Source of the DNA: Craspedostauros australis
Lineage: Eukaryota
Assembly: GCA_030167865.1 (NCBI GenBank)
Contig: JALAGF010003714.1
Coordinates: 1 to 33,320, forward strand
Length of the DNA: 33,320 bases
Direction: 5' to 3'
Positions 21,612-33,044 of this stretch are shown here, one piece after another. Within the stretch, counting starts at the first letter, position 1. Each line of letters starts with the position of its first letter. A model generated the notes under the pieces. That model was not told the DNA's origin and ran no database searches. It worked only from the letters and a program-made list of their open reading frames with translations. The translations under genes and the position numbers were made by a program.

Positions 21612-23560
21612 GTCGTTTGGTCGTGCTGTCGTCTGCTGAGCTGCTATTACCGTGACCGTGATCGTGGCCGTGATTGTAGCCGCTGCTACTCCTGCTGCCT
21701 CTCTGGCGATCGTGCGCGCGGCCGGTCTAACCACTTGCCTGTCGCTTGCACTTCGCACTCTTGAAGAATGAGGATTCCTCTGCACAATATCTCCACTTGG
21801 TGGTTCAGAGTGAACTCTTCTGAGTTTGTGGAACTGCTCCAACGATGATGATGAGACTGCTGCGGAGAGTATGATATGTGCTCGTATTGCATGTGACAGC
21901 GGACGCCAATGACTGTAAAGTACTTGGTTTGGTTGTGTGGTAGCTGCCAGTTGTTGTGCTGGTCTTGCTCTTGCTGTTGGGACGGTGACAGTGATCGTTG
22001 ATGTGAATTGCATTGTGCGCGTGTGCAGACGTCTCACGCTTTCGAGTGCGACCTTCCCCACCCCCGCGAGTGTGGGATGCTACACAGCGATTGTTCTCAC
22101 CCTCGGAGAGTGCCATAACATGCCTTCACACCTGCCACACACATACCGTGCTCCATGAGGATTGGAGCAGAGGCGGAGCTGCGAGTGTGAAGACATGCTT
22201 GGAGTACTGAGGCAGTTGAATGTCAGCGTTCCTATTTCTGTCCGTCTCACTTTTGTCTCCAACCGCGTTCGCCAAAGTAGCTCAACAAATATCACGAGCT
22301 CGTTCATTCGATTTTGCACCATTAGTTGTTGACGCTGGAAATGTCGGATGTGACTCCAAGGACGACACCGACGTTCATTTTTCGGCTTCTGTTAGTCGCT
22401 CGTTTGCTCGGCTCTGCCGCGTCTGGGCTCTCTCTTGGTTGCTGTCGATACAGATCGTGTCTTGGTTGACAGTTAGAGCAAAGAACAAGACGCCAAGTGC
22501 GCCGATTGCTTTGTTCCTTCCTTCCATGAACGCGAGCCACCTTGACCCGGCCTGTGGTACCCAAAATCCTCTAATTTGTCGGTGTCCCATCCGCAAGTAA
22601 AATAGTTCGAACAAGTATCGCATGAGTACCATGCACATGTGTGTGAAGCCTAACACGAAGCGCGTTTGCGTGGAGTACGTACCAGTTTGCGGAACTCAAT
22701 CAAAATCGAGCCAATCCGGCTGCAGGCGCTCGTTTCGCTCTCCGATTTCAACGACAGCAAATGGCACCACATCGACGATGTTGCTCAACCCTCTCTCTGT
22801 GAATGTCGTCAGAAAAAAGGCCCAACAACGATTGTTTCTCGGGAAGTGTGTGGTTGTTTGTTCGCAGCTGAGAGCTATCATCCCCCAGCACACGTACATG
22901 AAAAACAAGGAAGGCACATCGCAGCCTCCCTGTCCGCGCAAGGCCTGCTGCACCGGACTAGAGTATATATATTACATTACAGTACTTTACTATATAGTAC
23001 AAAACGACATAATCCACTAGCGGATGTCATAAATGGCTGATTCGTGTGCATAAGCGAGTCCTCGTCCAACGCTGTTTTGTTCTATGCCACGTGTGGAGCC
23101 AGCATTTCGTGACATGTTCGCGATGCAGACGAGGCGTGCGCCTTGAGTTTCTTTGTGGCGGATGGTTGCGCCTGTCGCCTCGAGTGGCGAAAGTGCGAAC
23201 AAAGAATCTGGAGGTGGTGGCACAACAACAAGAACCAGGGCACACAGAGAGAGGTGCTCGTGCTCTCCGCACAGCTCGCACCTTCTACTAAAAGATGGAG
23301 ACGAGGTCACTCGTGGAAGCACCACGACCCATGTTTCTGGACGATCTGTCTGGTATCGTAGATACGTGCAAGCGCACATCAATCTCCTGACAATCGGCGC
23401 GCCAACGCTCTGATCCTTCCCGAGACTCACAATGTGGTGCAGGGCTCCGCGATGAGGAAGACTTTACTCTTTGGACCCAATGGTCTGTTTCTGGAGAGAG
23501 ATGCATCCATGCTCGTACCCGTGCGAGCTCCGGATGGCAAGGGGTAATTGTTGCTATCGA

Positions 23561-24364
23561 TCATTGAAGAATTTCGAGACTCGTCAACACAGCGCACGTG
23601 AGTACGTGTTTGGGTGTCGGTGTCATGACGGCCTGCTGAGACCCTGGCCGCTGTTTTCCACAGTTGCTGTTGAAATCGATACCCCTGGTTTGCAACCGGA
23701 TACGAACCACGCTGTTCCTATCGCGATCTCCTCGACGAATACTGTTATGAACTTCGTCCTCGTGTGGGGGACGGAATCTCTTTGTGTTGGTGAAGCCGCG
23801 GAGGATTCGTGCGCACCGCAGAACAGACGCGGTTTTGGTGTTTCTCCGACATTGGTGGCATGCGCGCAGGGAAACAACTCTCCGCCGTGTCGACTCCAAC
23901 AAAGTTTGAGATTTCTGCGCAGACGAGCATCGTCGATGGAAAGGACAGAGGGGCTGAGGTACTTTACGCACTTACTCTGGGGTCAGTCACCCTTCGGAAG
24001 CGCGAGGGAGTACCCACATATATCGAGGGCTATCCCATTCCTTGTGGCTGCACTTCCATCACAGTTCCGCGTCTCGAGTAGAAGGCTTACTTTGGAGCGG
24101 AACAGCCTCGAGTATCCCGTTACGAAAGCAATAGCTCTTCGTGTCAACCAAGATAGGAAACGAGCAAGGCCAGTCTTGTCGAAACTCCTTCGCGTTGCTC
24201 TTTCCAGTCGCGTTGCTGCACACATTCGGGCATGTTGTGTTACGGGGCCACAGCGCTTCACGACGAATCGCTTTTTGCGCCTCCCCCACACGGGTAAGGT
24301 GCAAGAATGCAGAGCACTCTCCATTCGTCATACTTGCAGCCTGCTCACCTGTCCAATGGAGCAT
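23561..24364 (-). pseudogene. Possible decayed sulfotransferase-like gene
   Basis: ORFs 24059-24364 and 23561-23971 are in the same frame, separated by a few stops. AFLHLTRVG resembles FLHxxKxG; in a shifted frame, LFCGAH and KFITVF.E...FVSG resemble the downstream sulfotransferase blocks. Confidence 0.25.
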
Positions 24365-24391
24365 TCAGGCATCGGTATGGATGTGCAAAGA

Positions 24392-24485
24392 CTTACTATA
24401 CAATATTCTATTCTATTCTATTATATATAATATTATAATATATTATATTATTATAATGCACTGCAGTGATACTTCATATAATTCA
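24392..24485. repeat. Very AT-rich low-complexity island
   Basis: tattctattctattctattatatataatattataatatattatattattataat, in an otherwise balanced-GC window. Confidence 0.85.
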
Positions 24486-25482
24486 TCTTTCCGCGTTTCT
24501 GTCAGTTATAGTAAATGCTTCTACGACTTCTCTCTGGAGAACCGAGTAGAGCATTTGCGGAGCGGAGGAAAACAGGTACGTAGCTCGTGTGACATGTACC
24601 ACAGAACATGTGGAATCACTACCCAGCCATGATCGGAGAGCGGTGCCGCCTTTGCGGCAACGGGGGGTCTTCATGTTCTCGGGATTCCTCAAGAACGCAC
24701 AGGCTTCGGGACCGATGCGACCACACGCATACCAAACGTTCACCTGCTCGTCCGCTGCTTCTCGCGTCTCTTTCAAGGTTGGCCCTGTTTGGCCTTCGCG
24801 GTTGCTTCTTCCTCGCAGCAACCTGCATGCTTGTCTGACTCTGCATACAACATGAGATTTGCGCGCAGTCAGAGTTGCCTACTGTGTGAATCGCGACTCT
24901 TGCGTTGTTGATGCGATCATTCTTATCCAGTGTGATGCATACGAGTATGGTACCATCCGGCCATGTTCCCCCTCAGGTCATCCTGAAGCAATCCGCACAC
25001 TCGACGCTGAATGAGGCATCATCTTCTGCTGTGTCTGCACACCATCTCTCAGAAGAGTATGCGGGTCCACCAGCAAGATCTAGGCAACAATCCAAGGGTA
25101 TCGACCTATCGTGCATAGTAGGTATTCTACATCACAATACCAACGGTGATGGTGGAATCAGTTGCAGAAGGAGTAGCAGTGCGGTCCGTTGGGGGGCTTG
25201 AGTTTGGATCTTTACACCGCGAATACGCGTCGTTGGTATCTTGGATCATGATTCGTGAATGAAGCGTGACCAATCATCTCTCCTCGCACCATCATTCCCT
25301 CCGCACAAGAAGGGCGCGTCACTTTGGACACCGTGACGAAAATGTTCCTTGATCCGCCCACAGGGAGCAGATCTTCGCCACCACCACCACCACCACCACA
25401 CAGAACTTCTCACCAAAAGCAACCCCATACCCATCAACCTGCCTGTTGTACTCTCCCGAGCAGAAGAAGTCGATACCACATC

Positions 25483-26652
25483 ATGCCGTCTCTGATCGTC
25501 GTACTCCTCTGGTGCATTGCCACTCCAGCCGGGGTGCTGCTTTTGCTGCCGATGGTCCTGGCGGCTCTGTCTTCGTTGATGAAACTGCTGACACCCTCAT
25601 CGTCAACGTCGTCATCGCCATCGCCGTCAATGTCGTCGTCAACGTCGTCCTCCGACGAACTCAAGTACTCGGCCCTGTGCATTGGCAGAGTATGGCATGC
25701 ACGCCTCCTCCCGAAGGTTCACGCTTTCGAATACCCCATCTTCAACTTCACATTGGACTTGGATGAGATCGCGGCCTTCCGAAGGCTGCTGGGTCCGTTG
25801 GGTTGGATCGTCCAGTTCCGCGAATCGGACCATCTCATCAACGGCGAGGGGCTTTCCGAAGCGACGCTTAGTGGCGAGGCACACAATGACACCAACTCAC
25901 TCCGGGAACGGGTCTTCCGATTGATATCTCAAAAGACGAACGGCAAGTTCCAACCGCATGCCACGACGCATCGCGTTGTCATCATGTCGCATCTCTGCTA
26001 CTACGGATACAATTTCAACCCCGTGTCCTTTTACTACATTCTGGAAAAGTCCACATCCCACGAGGACGGCTCGAATGATGCCACACTCAAGATACCGGCG
26101 ATGGTCGCCGAGGTGAGCAACACGCCCTGGTGCGAAATGTACTGCTACGTGCTGCATCCGGATAGCGTCGACAAGGTGCAGTTTCCCACAGACACCAAAA
26201 CAAAGCAGGGTGGCGACGATAACGACACCTTCCACTGCGTCTTTCCCAAGACCTTCCACGTTTCGCCGTTCATGGAAATGGAGTACATCTACGACTGGGC
26301 CTTTGAAGGCATTCCATACCCAAGTGCCAGCAGCAAGAAGCAAATCTCAGTGTGGAATTTGATGAAATCCAAGGATACCGACAAGACCCACTTCCGTGCC
26401 AAGCTGCTGATGGAACCGCATGTCATCACATCGCCATTCTTCGTGGCTTGGCAATTGGTGCGATTTCCGGCCTTCTGTGCCATCATCCAGCTATGGATCC
26501 ACTACGAGGCGGTCCTCCTCTTCCTCAAGGGCATCGTCTACGTTCCACATCCCGAGGGCAGCGAGACGTTTGCCAGCAAACTGATCGCGAACATCATGAC
26601 CCCGTTCTTTGCGATGCGTGATCGGTTCAATCCCAAGTCCAAGACAGCCTAA
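25483..26652 (+). CDS. DUF1365 family protein with hydrophobic N-terminus (~389 aa)
   Basis: GRVWHARLLP..HAFEY, LDLDE, YYGYNFNPVSFYY, VAEVSNTPW.E...Y, PKTFHVSPFM and IHYEA..L..KG....PHP are the DUF1365 signature blocks. Likely ATG at 25483 (MPSLIVVLL); an alternative ATG is at 25342. Confidence 0.9.
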   Translation: MPSLIVVLLWCIATPAGVLLLLPMVLAALSSLMKLLTPSSSTSSSPSPSMSSSTSSSDELKYSALCIGRVWHARLLPKVHAFEYPIFNFTLDLDEIAAFRRLLGPLGWIVQFRESDHLINGEGLSEATLSGEAHNDTNSLRERVFRLISQKTNGKFQPHATTHRVVIMSHLCYYGYNFNPVSFYYILEKSTSHEDGSNDATLKIPAMVAEVSNTPWCEMYCYVLHPDSVDKVQFPTDTKTKQGGDDNDTFHCVFPKTFHVSPFMEMEYIYDWAFEGIPYPSASSKKQISVWNLMKSKDTDKTHFRAKLLMEPHVITSPFFVAWQLVRFPAFCAIIQLWIHYEAVLLFLKGIVYVPHPEGSETFASKLIANIMTPFFAMRDRFNPKSKTA

Positions 26653-27100
26653 ACGACAACCACCAGCGATGAATGTGGGCATCTTCTGTTTCCGGCAAAA
26701 GGATCGAAGCAATCGCAGGTATCAGCATGCGAGTAACGGAACACCAAGCACTGGTTGTGGCCCCATCTCCGTTTAGGTATGTTCAACCCAACTACGTACC
26801 ATGTGCGCAGGTGTACCATATGGTTCATGATATTTTACGTTATAAAGTGTATGTAGGGGGTGAAATGCATTTTTTGATGTCTGCGTGGGTGCATAACTTG
26901 GAAAAGGACACGTGTGGAGTACTCCAAGGTCTCATTGTTCCCTCGAAGTATGCCATGCTGTAACAAAGAGAACGTTGGGAGTATCGCGCGTCCATCTTCG
27001 CATTATGCACACAGTGCCTCCACTTGAAAGTAAAGGACGTCTCTCATCTTCCTTGCTTTTGCTGCAACTCTTCGGACGCAGTGGCTTCTTTTCGATCAGA

Positions 27101-30100
27101 TCACCCGATTCTGTTCCCATCATCCTGGTGAATCGGCGACGCCGTGAAGGTCAATGGTTCACCATTCTCATCCAATGGCATCTCAAATACCTCCGAATCA
27201 ACGGAAGACGCCACCTCCGAATCCGAGCTGCCCGTAGCTCGGAGCAAAGATGGATAGAACTGAGGCGCAGTGCGCGTTTGGTTCTCGCCGTTGGTTGGTC
27301 CGTGCTGTTCGGGTTGTGTGCGTTCCATGCCATCTTCCGTGGCGGGTGATTTCGCAGATGTATCCACTAGAAAGTCGTTGTGTTCATCGATCGGCCCCAG
27401 AACTGCCGGCGTCGATCGGCGTTCGAGCTCAGGCTTGGCGAGGCGCTTCAGGTCATCGACTTGGACGACAACTTTGCTCGCTGCAGCCTCGTCTTTGTCA
27501 TCATCATCGCGGGATTCTGTCTGGACGTAGGAAGGAGGAGGCTGATCGCGTTGGACATCTTTCTCACGACTGTCACCTTCGTCATCGATACGATCAAATG
27601 AGAAATTTCCCTCTTCGATATCGAGCGAGGGGCTGCTGAGGCAGTCGTACTCAAATCCATCGTATTGTGATTCCTTGGACCGTGTGGCATGGATGCCAAT
27701 GTTTTCGAAGCCTGGCGTGACGTCGCTGATGTCATCGGAATCGTTGTCGAACATGGCTGGGTGGCCCGACACAAACCCCTCCGGCAGGTACACATCGGAC
27801 GAATCAAGCGTAGTTGCGGCTGGGATCTCATCGCGGAACGATTCGGCTCGAAGTGTCAGTGCGATCGATGCGGGACTTTTGGCACCGGTGTTGGCGACGT
27901 CCTCAACATTCCAGTTGTTCTTCAATGTCAGGTGAGCCAATCGACCGGCTGTGGTCCCATTTGGTCTCTCCTCGATACTGGCGTTGAGAACGTCGTCGTC
28001 ATCGCTATCGTCGTCCTCGTCACCGTCGCAGTTATCGTGTTCGATTTCGTCACCACTACCATGTACTGGTTTCGCCTCATCTTGGCCGACCGCCGACCGG
28101 AAGGAAGTCACGTTGCGAAAGATATCCTCTCGCGCGGTCGGAAGCCCAGGCGTGTCTTCGCTGGTCATGGATGCCACAAAGATGGGATCATCATCCGAAT
28201 CTGTGTCACTCCCAAGCACCCGCAGATAGGTGGCAGAAAGCATGTTGCTGAGGACGGGCCGGCCTCCCGTTTCCACATCGGTGAAACTCCCATTGGACGA
28301 TTCGATGGACGTGTCGTATTCGTTGTCGTCGTCGTCGTCGTCAATCTCGAACTGCCTGGGTGGCATGGAGAGCTTGCTCATCGGCGATTCCGTGATATCC
28401 GACTCCATATCGATCATGGAAAGGAGCTCGTCCGGGATGTCATGCGATGGGACGAGCAGTGCTGTGCGGAAGATGTCCATGTCATTGCGTGCGCTCTTTC
28501 CAGGGCTGATGTATGGCGAGACTCTTCCGTCTGCTCCAGCGAAATCCATCGTTTGGGAATTTGCCGGTGTGACCACGAAACTCATGAACCTCGTTCCGCG
28601 GCAATGCGCGCAGTTGGTGGACAGGTACTGCGTCCCAAATTGGTTGTAGTGATAGTCACCATCGTGGCAGCTGCGGGGGTGATCGCCGGTTCCGACGTGA
28701 CGATTGGCATCGTGGGAGTTTGCGGCTCCGAGGACCGGCTCGTGGGTTGTTTTCAAGAACAAGAAGCCCAAACCAACCATCAAGGATACTGGGATGAAGC
28801 TCATGACGAAGATGAGCCCACCACCGAAACGGGTTCCACTTCCCGAATTGGTTTGGCCACCGACGACGTCCGGGTTTTTGCTATCCTCGCCGAAATCAAA
28901 CGAATTCTCGCCGACTCCGTTCCCTGGCGTGTCAGAGTTGTCGTCGGCATCGTTGTCACTGTTCGAATCCTTTTCGTCGTCGATGTCGATGTCGCCGTCG
29001 GAGTCTGCGGCTTGATCAGCATCAGCATCTCCGTCCGTATTTTGACCGTCGGCGTCCGCATCAGTACCAGCGTCGTTGTCGTTGTCTCCATCAGAGTCAG
29101 TATCAGATCCGGACCCAGTGCCACCGTCGGTATCTTCATCACCGTCAACATTGGCATCGGTGTCGGTGTCGCCATCGACGTCGGAATCAAGGTCATTGTC
29201 CGCGTCCGCGTCTGCATCGGTGTCTGTGTCGGTGTCGGAATCAAGGTCGCTGTCCACGTCTGTATCGGTATCGGCATCCGTGTCAGTATCGGTGTCAGTA
29301 TCGGTGTCAGTATCGTTGTCAGCATCTGTGTCAGCATCTGTGTCAGCATCTGTGTCGGAATCAAGGTCGCTGTCCACGTCTGTATCGGTGTCGGCATCCG
29401 TGTCAGTATCGGTTTGAGCATCTGTGTCAGCATCGGTGTCAGCATCTGTGTCAGCATCCGTATCGTTGTTCGCGTCAGAGTCGACATCGATATCAGTGTC
29501 GGCATCACTGTCGGGATCAATGTCTCCGTCCGCATCGTCGTTGGCGTCGGTATCGGTGCCATCATCGGCATCCGCATCGTGGTCGTCGGCGTCGGCGTCG
29601 GTATCGATGTCTGCGTCCACGTCAGCATCGGTATCTGTATCGACATCTGCATCCGCGTCTGCGCCGCTGTCGATGTCTACGTCGTTGTCGGTGTCACCGT
29701 CCAAGTCCTTGTCATCGCCAGTATCCGCATCGACATCAGCATCTGTGTCTGCATCAGCGTCCACGTCAGCATCCGCTCCCTCGTCACCGTCGTCACCATC
29801 TTCTCCTGTCGGTCGGCCATGATGGACATCGAAGAAGGGTGGGATTGGCCACTCCAGGTCAAAACCTGCAAGGGAGGTGCCCAACCATCGAGTGGTGCTC
29901 ACGGTTGGAAAGTTCCCAGCAAAGACCAACTCATCCGTTTCAAGCGCACTCTGGATGAGTCGGAGCACCGATTCCTCGACGCTCTCGAATTCTATGTTGT
30001 CAGAATCTCGCGCCATCAGAGTCATTTGGCCAAAGTACACGGTGCAGTTGTTGTCGTTGTACTCGTATGGGCATTCGTCTTTGTTGCAAGGATGGGCATA

Positions 30101-31059
30101 TGAGTAGAGTGCAGTGGCACGGCAGAAGGAAAGACCGCGCAGCAAACAACAACAAACAAGATAGTGTGAGCGGGAAGGAGAGAGCGTGATCAGACGATTG
30201 ATCATGGACAAGTTTTGGAACGAAGAGAAATGGTGCGGAAACTGGGCACGGTATTTCTCATTCAGAGATTCTCTTTCAGCGATTCTCATTCAGAAGAGCG
30301 TTGGCGTATTCATACTTACAATCGACGGCCCTGTACGGACCAGAGCTGATGGCAGCAAATCCCAGGCGTTCGTCGATTTGATCCAGCTTCCTCTGCTTCC
30401 TAGCGAGGGCTGCTGCCGCGACGGCGGAACAATGTTTGGAGCGTGCCGCACGGAGAAACATTGGAAAAGCAAAGAGTGTGAGATGGGCGGGCTTGGGTCA
30501 ACGGCAAAGGATCTGCAACAGCGTTTCACTCGATTCTGTTGCGCTTGGACGGGGCACAACCACCCGCCCTCGACCTATTAGAGTTGAACTTACCATCGGC
30601 CGGCAGTGCGGCGTCACGAGCAAGACCGCGGCGTTGATTCCCCCCGCACAGGATGGTGCTGCGGCGGACGAGGTCGAAGAGACCTTCCGCAAGGCCATCA
30701 ACGACATCCTGATCCGGAGGGTCCGATGACTCGATCGAGAAGAAATATTCGATGGCGGATAGATGGGCCGATGCGATGTCATCGAGAGTTGTTGCATTCC
30801 CATCGACCTCGCCACAGCCGTCGTCGTACTGCACATCGAGACGCTTCCATTCGAAGTCATCCGGTGCAGTTTGGGATGAGGATTCCAGAATGCGCCCGGT
30901 GATTTGCGTTCGATGTGATGCGCCTCTCAGCGATATCGCTGGTCGGGATGGCGCGGCGTTCATCAAAGAACTCAGCGCATGCTGGGCATGGATGGTGATG
31001 ACGAAGATGAAGACGACCACCTGAAAGCAGGGGTATTTGGTGGATGGACGCAAACGCAT
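27101..31059 (-). CDS. Type I membrane protein with signal peptide, RXL motifs, Cys-containing luminal domain, long Asp-x repeat, TM and acidic cytoplasmic tail; 3 exons (31059-30594, 30412-30320, 30078-27101), ~1178 aa
   Basis: GTAAGT donors at 30593 and 30319; acceptors CAG at 30413 (NAGNAG, alternative 30410) and AAG at 30079. Both introns are phase 1 and the exons total 3537 nt in one frame. Signal peptide includes [14 protein letters not shown]; motifs [36 protein letters not shown]. Confidence 0.82.
28930..29800 (-). repeat. Coding Asp-x (DT/DA/DS/DV) dipeptide repeat, including a 120-bp tandem duplication at about 29221-29460
   Basis: [17 protein letters not shown] recurs with 120-nt period (gtgtcggaatcaaggtcgctgtccacgtctgtatcgg at 29232 and 29352); 6- and 12-nt sub-repeats are present. 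Confidence 0.9.
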
Positions 31060-31934
31060 GATGTTTGGTTTGGTTGTGCCCGAAGGAGATCACGGATGGG
31101 ATGAAATGTCGTTTGCGTTGAAGCAATTTTGTGATGCGGAAGGGTTGCTCATCAACCATGCACATGATGCGGTCTCTTGTACCCAGCATTCTATTGTGTG
31201 AGGGCACTCTCGCGGTACCCCACCACGCCGCCCTCCATCCGTATCCGCTTTCGTGGGGATGTGAGTAGGTACAAGTCCATCAACTCATCATGATGATGAT
31301 CATCAACTGCCGTTCAGAGTGTTGGCGCGTCCGCAAAAGCAAAACAACGTTGTCGGTGATCCGTCTTGCCTCGCTATCTCCCTGTGTTTGCCGCAACAGG
31401 TGCCATACCCATGCACATTCTGTCTTCGCCATACTGGTGGCGGGTATGGTTCCCACTGAAGCGGTCCTGTAACGGTATGATCAGTGTGGGGAGAAATCTC
31501 GGCACGCGCGGAGGATCACTTCGCATTTGAAAATGATCGTTGTAACCGAAATATAACGTTCCAGACACATGAAACGCCGTTCAACTGAAACGTGGCAGAG
31601 TTGACATTCATCGAGTGACGTCGTGGTGGGGTGTCAACGCACGACTCGAGTTGATTTCTTCCACGAGACAAATGTGGTGACTCGCGCTAATCGAAGTGTT
31701 TTTGGCGTCAAGACCGATTTTGGCGCCGAAATTGACACGAAAGGAACGGTTTGGGCAAGCAAAAATGCAGTGGCGTTGGGTGGAGAGACATCAACGTCTC
31801 TCTTTGCGAATGCTCTCACAAAAATTGGATGCTCCCTCGTTCGGATGGAACCATCGAAAGGGCAGATAGCAACACTGTGATCCACAACATTGTTGGCGGG
31901 AACGGTGACACCAAAGTGAGCAACATTGGAACGG

Positions 31935-33044
31935 ATGATGGCGAGGCGAGTTCCCTGGATCACGATCGCGTGCATCGTTGCGTGGGCCAATCCTTCGGCA
32001 GGCTTCGCTCCGCATCAGTCGCTGTTGGCATCGCCTCTGCGTCCGACCACCCACGATGCTGTGCATCTCGTGGTGCCGCTGCGAACGCCACGCAGTCTCC
32101 ACCAGGCACAGCACCTCCCACCAAAGAATTCGACCCCAAGATACGCAGTGACTGTGGACGATGCCGACTCCAACCAAGACGATTCTCCGAACGAGACGGC
32201 GAAGGGCATCTTCCCATTCTCATTTAAGTCCTTTCGCAAGCTGTGGAAGTCCACAAGATCCACAAGGGCGGTCATGGCAACGTTCTTCATGGTCTTTGCC
32301 CTCTTTTTCACACCGTTGCCAAGCGAGGCTCGCTCCGGAGGCAGAGTGGGCGGATCGTCGCGATCCAGCATCAATCGCAGCAGCGGCAGTCGCAGCAGCA
32401 GTCGCAGCAGTTCCAGTCGAAGTAGCAGCAGCAGAAGCTCAAGCCGAAGTGCCCCAAGCAGAAGCACACCAAGCCGAAGTGCCCCAAGTCGTCCCAGCAG
32501 CAGCAACAGCGGAAGCTCGAATAGAAGTCGCAGCAATAGTGCTGGTGGCAGAAGCGCCCCCAGTCGTAGCAGCGGAAGTGGTGGCAGCTCCGGAAGTGCA
32601 CCCAGTCAATCCAGCAGCGGTGGCAGTAGCAGCAGCAGCTCATCCAGCCACCAGCCTTCAAGCTCAGCGACGGCGGTCAAGGAAGCGAGACCAGCCAGCA
32701 GAAATGATGCGGGCCCGACAATCATCATTCGACCACAACGCCTATTCTCACCATTCGGAGGCTACGACCGAGGTCCGACAATCCTGTCGGAATCGGTTTT
32801 GTGTCGACCATCAATCCATTTTGTGAGCGCACGAAACCACGACTGGCGACTCGTGACTCGAATCCGAACATCAGATCCGAACCACGAACCCGAACATCGA
32901 TTGAGCAAACACAAAACAACAAAAACAACAATCGGCCAATTCGCGCCAAAACGCACTCAACCAAGACCTTCCATCAGCAACCTGTGCGCTGAGAAGGTGC
33001 CTTGCACATCCAACGCATGGTCCGCTCGTGGGACCATGCCCTAA
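31935..33044 (+). CDS. Plastid-targeted DUF1517/FLAP1-like protein, N-terminal part; probably spliced and continuing beyond the window
   Basis: Signal peptide ending SAG-FAP (ASAFAP-like), then a transit-like region, a second hydrophobic segment ending SEA, then RSGGRVGG, a Ser/Arg/Gly-rich linker and PTIIIRP..FSPFGG. Protein-like character fades after about 32800, where a candidate donor GTGAGC lies at 32823. The conserved C-terminal domain is not visible, so the family call is tentative. Confidence 0.6.
   Translation: MMARRVPWITIACIVAWANPSAGFAPHQSLLASPLRPTTHDAVHLVVPLRTPRSLHQAQHLPPKNSTPRYAVTVDDADSNQDDSPNETAKGIFPFSFKSFRKLWKSTRSTRAVMATFFMVFALFFTPLPSEARSGGRVGGSSRSSINRSSGSRSSSRSSSSRSSSSRSSSRSAPSRSTPSRSAPSRPSSSNSGSSNRSRSNSAGGRSAPSRSSGSGGSSGSAPSQSSSGGSSSSSSSSHQPSSSATAVKEARPASRNDAGPTIIIRPQRLFSPFGGYDRGPTILSESVLCRPSIHFVSARNHDWRLVTRIRTSDPNHEPEHRLSKHKTTKTTIGQFAPKRTQPRPSISNLCAEKVPCTSNAWSARGTMP

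Noticed and set aside
23471-24430. 319-aa + strand ORF
   Set aside because: No recognisable motifs, unnatural composition, ends in the AT-rich island; possibly the antisense of a relic.
27689-30103. 804-aa + strand ORF rich in Val/Ile/Gly
   Set aside because: Antisense shadow of the Asp-rich gene; GAC/GAT codons read as GTC/ATC and suppress stops.
30079-30289. N-terminal 70 aa of the 1062-aa ORF looking like a signal peptide ([10 protein letters not shown])
   Set aside because: Better explained as intron 2 (GTAAGT donor at 30319, pyrimidine-rich, AG-free run to 30079); the true signal peptide is in exon 1.
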